From Phoronis australis (taxonomy: Eukaryota; Animalia; Phoronida), in the NCBI GenBank assembly GCA_002633005.1, contig NMRA01000055.1, positions 454,924-518,923 of the forward strand: a stretch of DNA of 64,000 nt, given 5' to 3'. The notes below the pieces were generated by a model. That model worked only from the letters and a program-made list of their open reading frames with translations, was not told the origin of the DNA and ran no database searches. This document shows, piece by piece, positions 60,201 through 64,000 of this stretch; the first letter of the stretch is position 1, and every line of letters starts with the position of its first letter. Position numbers and translations under genes: made by a program.

Positions 60201-63200
60201 CAGTTAATTCCATCATCGTGTGACCCTCCAATCAATGACCTTCCTTAACATAAAACTTCCAACGATTTCACAAAAACAGAAACAAAGAGAGAGGCAATAT
60301 TGATTTTATCTTTGGTGACCACTGCGTGAGCGGCCTCTTAAAAAGAAAAGAGTGAAAATAAGTACAGAAAAGGGTGATACAATTTACGAAACTCCAATAT
60401 AGGGACTGAACCTCCTAAATATGACATGATGTATAGTTCCAAGAACAGAAAATGAACTGCAGTTGATGTTTTTTAACTCTGCGGAATCTACCGAGCAACA
60501 CTCGGTGAGTGACCAGTGCATTAAGCTAGTGCATACGATGCGATTTTTTAGTCCGGAGGCCTCGCGAGTCACGATTTCTTGTCGGTGACAAATTGTCGTG
60601 TCATTGGTCGAGAGCCAGCGCACACGAAACCGTTTGATCAACGTAACTGTCGGCGACAAAATCGTAAGTTGTCGGGAAATCAAACGTGTCTTGGATAGTG
60701 TCATGTGTGCTTGTCGTGCCGAGTTCAAAAGGAATTTGATCGGGGAAACGGAAATTCGAGCATTACGTACGCCTGAGGTGGACGTGACAAGTGTGCGCTA
60801 TGTCGTATACCATTTCATCATCCTATTATAGGTGTATTGATTATTTTAATAACAGAGTAGGAGACCGGTGCCAGGTACTTTGGTTACGAATGTCGTGTGC
60901 ACTGATTCAAGTGGCATACGGGGTCTCCCAAAATCTCGTCGTGTACACTGAGCTGTCTGCCTAGCACTACAAAGAAGTGTTGCAATTCCGTAAAAACGTA
61001 ACCGCTGACGTGCAAAGGATAACACGATACATGATACGCTTCATTTGGTATAACCTTAACTAACCCCTTAACAACCCTCACCAAGGGCACTTACCAAATA
61101 CGAGCCCGAGACACTAGGTGCTATTAGTAAGCTGTCTGTCCACGTGGCATTGGTGCTGAAGCAAACAGCTTCCGTTGATCGCACGAAATACTTGATAGCT
61201 ATTAGAGCTGTGATGAAGACTGTTACCAAAAAGCCCAAAAAGCTGGAAAATCAAACTGAAAACAATTACAAACAGAAGGTGGAAGGATTCTGGAAGAAGT
61301 GAGAAGATACACAGGTTATGAAAACTAAACTTGTAGCCCAAAACTTAATACGTGCCTCTCGTTGAAAACTGACTTCGAAATGAAAAATCCTACATTTGAC
61401 TTGACATTCATTTTACTGTGACTTGACAGGGAAATCTTCAATGTTCTGATCATAACTTGATGTTGATAGAGAAAGCAGGACATATCCTTGTATAGGCTGT
61501 ATTTATGATGGCACGATCTCATGTAGGGGCTACCATTCACTTACATATTACACATAGCCACTGAAGGCAATACGCAATTTCTTATCTTCATAAAACTTGT
61601 AACCTTCATTAGACGATAAGAAAACTCAACACCCTTACCTGCTATGCTTCAGTGCTTTGATTTCTCGCAGTAGACACATGGGTAAAATAATTATAAATCC
61701 TAATATGGTNTTTGCCTCCCGCCCCCACCCCCTCCAATCAGGACTTTCTGGTTACCGTACCACGTGGTAACAAATTCTTCAGATATCGCGTGGGCCACGA
61801 CTGAAATGGAGAGTATAGGGCCTACACGAACGTGCGCGCACCCAGCTTAAAACATGGAAGGGCTCGAATTTTTGAGAATGTGCACCTTTTACTAAGATTG
61901 ACGGGGTACGTTCAGAGATTCAGATTGTGCATTCGAGGAGTTTTGGTAGTTCTTTATTAGTGGACCTTCGTCTTGTTTTCTACTTTTTCAGAATTTCCGT
62001 TTCTCTGAGGCGGACCTTTTTGCCCACTTCGCCAGTTGGGGGGAGCGGTGTTCGAGCCCCCCCCCCCCGAGCCCCCATCGGTGCGCGCATGACGAATGGT
62101 AGTTTTCGTCGTCAGAACTTGACCGAAGGACACTGTCAGCAACCTGCTACCTCTTACATATCTTTGGACTTTAGAGGTTTTGTTTCGTCTTGCAAAGCTT
62201 GTTTTACTGATTGTTGTCATAGCCAAGTTTCTCCCGAGTCTAAAACATTAGTATGGATCACAGTGCTTTAATTCTTTAAACAACACAGAAATCGTCAACT
62301 TTGGTTAAAAGCAAAAGATAGATCAATGTGAAATTCAAACCATACATGTATAGAAGTGTCACTGTCAAGAAGCGCTTTCCCCCATCCGTAAACAGCGACC
62401 ATAACCTCATTACGATTGAATACCATTTCAGTAATCAAATATATAGACTGGTAACTGAGCTAATTTGGAAAGTTCTGGGGCCCGTTTCACTACCCTAATT
62501 TTTGACTGGTAAGTTTAAGGTTAAGTAGAACTCTAGGAAAATGACCACATTTGGCTTCGTAACATCTTAAAAATGGTTTTTGCAATCTGGTATAACACAT
62601 TATTAAGACTTGTTCTCTAAATGTTACTCTTTCCATGAGGATCTATCAAAATGTAGGTCATGGTTTTCATGAACAAAACACAAAAGTTGTAAAAGACGAA
62701 GATAACTTGATTACTCAGAAATATGTAGAGTTTTGAGATTTTTAAATCAAATCAAACTTGGTGATTTTATTTATACATCTATCAGCTATTAGTGTTCCCT
62801 TATTTTTGATAAAGTTAAAAAGACGTGGTCACACGATTCAATTAATGGCAGGCAACTGAAAAGTTAAAATGAAAAATTCTACAGGATTCCTCCTACTTCA
62901 AAGATCTAGATTCATTTTCATTGATCACATATTACAAAAAGTCTACTTAACCTGACTCTTAAACGTGTTATTCACCCAGTTTGGGAACAGCACCTTCTAA
63001 TTATTGTTCGGGGAAGATTTGATGTGGGAATTTCGGAATACGGCCATGGGCGTACATTTAGGAGAGTCTTTTTTTCGGAAATTCCTCGTACAAAAGTGTG
63101 CATTTGTCCAAAACTATTCGCTTAGCGTAAATAATGAATTACTTAGCGTAAATAATCAAATCTTTAGCTTACAAAGAAATTGTTTACAATATAGTTTTTA

Positions 63201-63452
63201 ACCATAATTTCGAAACACCCGGGATCCCATACAGAAGGTGTCAATATACTCACATCTCTCTATGTAGTCGCCGGCGGCAACCAAAAAAACAACGCAATCC
63301 ATGGTGCCAGTGGCAACCACACTCATTATGCATAATTTGTGTCCAAGGTTTCCAAGTGTCATCAACATTGCTTCTTGGTACGAGCTAGCCTGAGTCAGGT
63401 GGGCAATGTACGCCAAAATTACCATCCCACCCGTCATCAAAGCAGACACCGT
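48082..63452 (-). CDS. SLC38A7-like sodium-coupled neutral amino-acid transporter (Aa_trans family), partial; 5' exons not found, probably outside window
   Basis: Exons 63254-63452, 61639-61800 (interrupted at 61710-61735), 61095-61242, 55292-55551, 51243-51442 (duplicate 50506-50705), 48082-48230. Motifs SSYQE, GDYIER, WYGNQK, ILPMCLLREI, GYLTFG..V..DI..SY, FPVVFLC.R, VPDL....LSGG...FILPG. Confidence 0.85.
50506..50705 (-). CDS. SLC38-like penultimate exon, copy B (same protein sequence)
   Basis: Duplicate of 51243-51442 with intact splice sites. Confidence 0.75.
51243..51442 (-). CDS. SLC38-like penultimate exon, copy A
   Basis: tag/gtaaga, SALQDLW...FILP. Confidence 0.88.
51935..53726 (+). 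mobile_element. Internally deleted Gypsy LTR retrotransposon with 117-bp LTRs
   Basis: TG..CA LTRs 51935-52051 and 53610-53726; PBS tgatgtcaggagtgg (tRNA-Leu-like); PPT aagaaaggggaga; RNase H remnant PVAYASRSMT.TE...QIEK, ETNHKPLVP, HVPGK...ADAL. Confidence 0.9.
54180..54550 (+). mobile_element. BEL/Pao LTR retrotransposon 3' remnant
   Basis: IFWKKR.KGYLSSLQ..QQW...GDVVFVKD..SRNEW.MG, typical post-integrase DUF5641-like segment. Confidence 0.7.
55292..55551 (-). CDS. SLC38-like exon (SHLSIIAV...GYLTFGNSVDKDIFLSY...FPVVFLCV)
   Basis: tag/gtaatc, phase 0-2. Confidence 0.92.
56100..59300 (-). mobile_element. Degraded Gypsy gag-pol (boundaries approximate)
   Basis: Protease ALIDGG; RT VYVDDVLVYS..RLRDAGLRLKPK; RNase H FILDTDAS; integrase TDQGKEFES, GMVKRFN, PYRMIFGR; many stops and frameshifts. 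Confidence 0.85.
61095..61242 (-). CDS. SLC38-like exon (FLGFLVTVFITALIAIKYF...WTDSLLIAPSVSGSYL)
   Basis: cag/gtaagt, phase 2-0. Confidence 0.85.
61639..61800 (-). CDS. SLC38-like exon (FVAHAISEEFVTTWYGNQKVLI / TILGFIIILPMCLLREIKALKHS), interrupted
   Basis: cag/gtaagg; 25 nt G-rich insert plus N at 61710 breaks the frame. Confidence 0.8.
63254..63452 (-). CDS. SLC38-like exon (TVSALMTGG...SSYQE...AGDYIER)
   Basis: tag/gtgagt, phase 0-1. Confidence 0.88.
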
Positions 63453-64000
63453 CTAAAGTGAAAATAAGAACATTGATACGAATCCAATCAGGCTGCTAAC
63501 CGCGCGCTACAGGGGTCGCTTCTGCTGTTGCTTTTAAATGCATTGTAGGACTGTTGTCGGATTGTAAACATGACGTCACATATAACCTGAAGAAGTGTAA
63601 CCGTGCATTACTTAGATTTGTGTTTGAGGGTTTAACCAAGGAGTGTACGAGTATAGGAGAGTTCACTCCGCCATTTTACCATTCGCCGCAATGGTTACCG
63701 GTCGAAACACTAGCGCTCCAAGCGGTGAATAATCAATACTTACTTAGGAGCGCAGTCCGAACAATGTAAACACTGATGAATTCATACTTTAATGACGTTC
63801 AACGTGCAATAAAATTACTGTGTGATTGAAAATGGTTAGAATACGTAAACTAACATCCACTTATAATCGAATGAGAATGAAAATGTGTATTTTAATCAAT
63901 ATTAAAGTGTATTTGTTTTTATTCTTTTGAAGCTCCCTTCAAAATCTATCACGGTTTTGTTTCATGTTTGAGTTCTTAACAAGGCAAATTATCTTTCCTT

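Noticed and set aside
60384-60465. Candidate SLC38 exon SFSVLGTI...
   Set aside because: The better exon 61095-61242 supplies this segment with correct phase and order; the match is incidental.

Overview
AT-rich eukaryotic (bilaterian invertebrate, probably lophotrochozoan) genomic DNA with scaffold gaps; most ORF-track entries are spurious. Three spliced genes could be rebuilt by hand from GT-AG boundaries and exon phases. (1) A complete 20-exon GPI-specific phospholipase D (GPLD1, minus strand, 27615..6996, about 840 aa). (2) A head-to-head DUF3105 / TP53I13-like secreted-protein gene (plus strand, 34543..45501; first exon not found). (3) A convergent, divergent SLC38A7-like amino-acid transporter (minus strand, 63452..48082; 5' end not found, probably outside the window) with one exon duplicated across an N junction and one exon interrupted at an N. 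Introns and intergenic DNA carry many mobile elements: a Kolobok derivative with long TIRs, a TTAA TSD, a THAP-transposase remnant and a convergent P2X7-ballast/KolX-like remnant; Penelope-like elements with inverted pseudo-LTRs and hammerhead-like motifs; a Helentron-associated-like repeat loaded with CTCF motifs; Gypsy and BEL/Pao remnants; a Harbinger transposase relic; MITEs; and a SINE. I found no convincing wholly new system; the best leads are listed as findings. Family assignments come from motif recall, not database searches.
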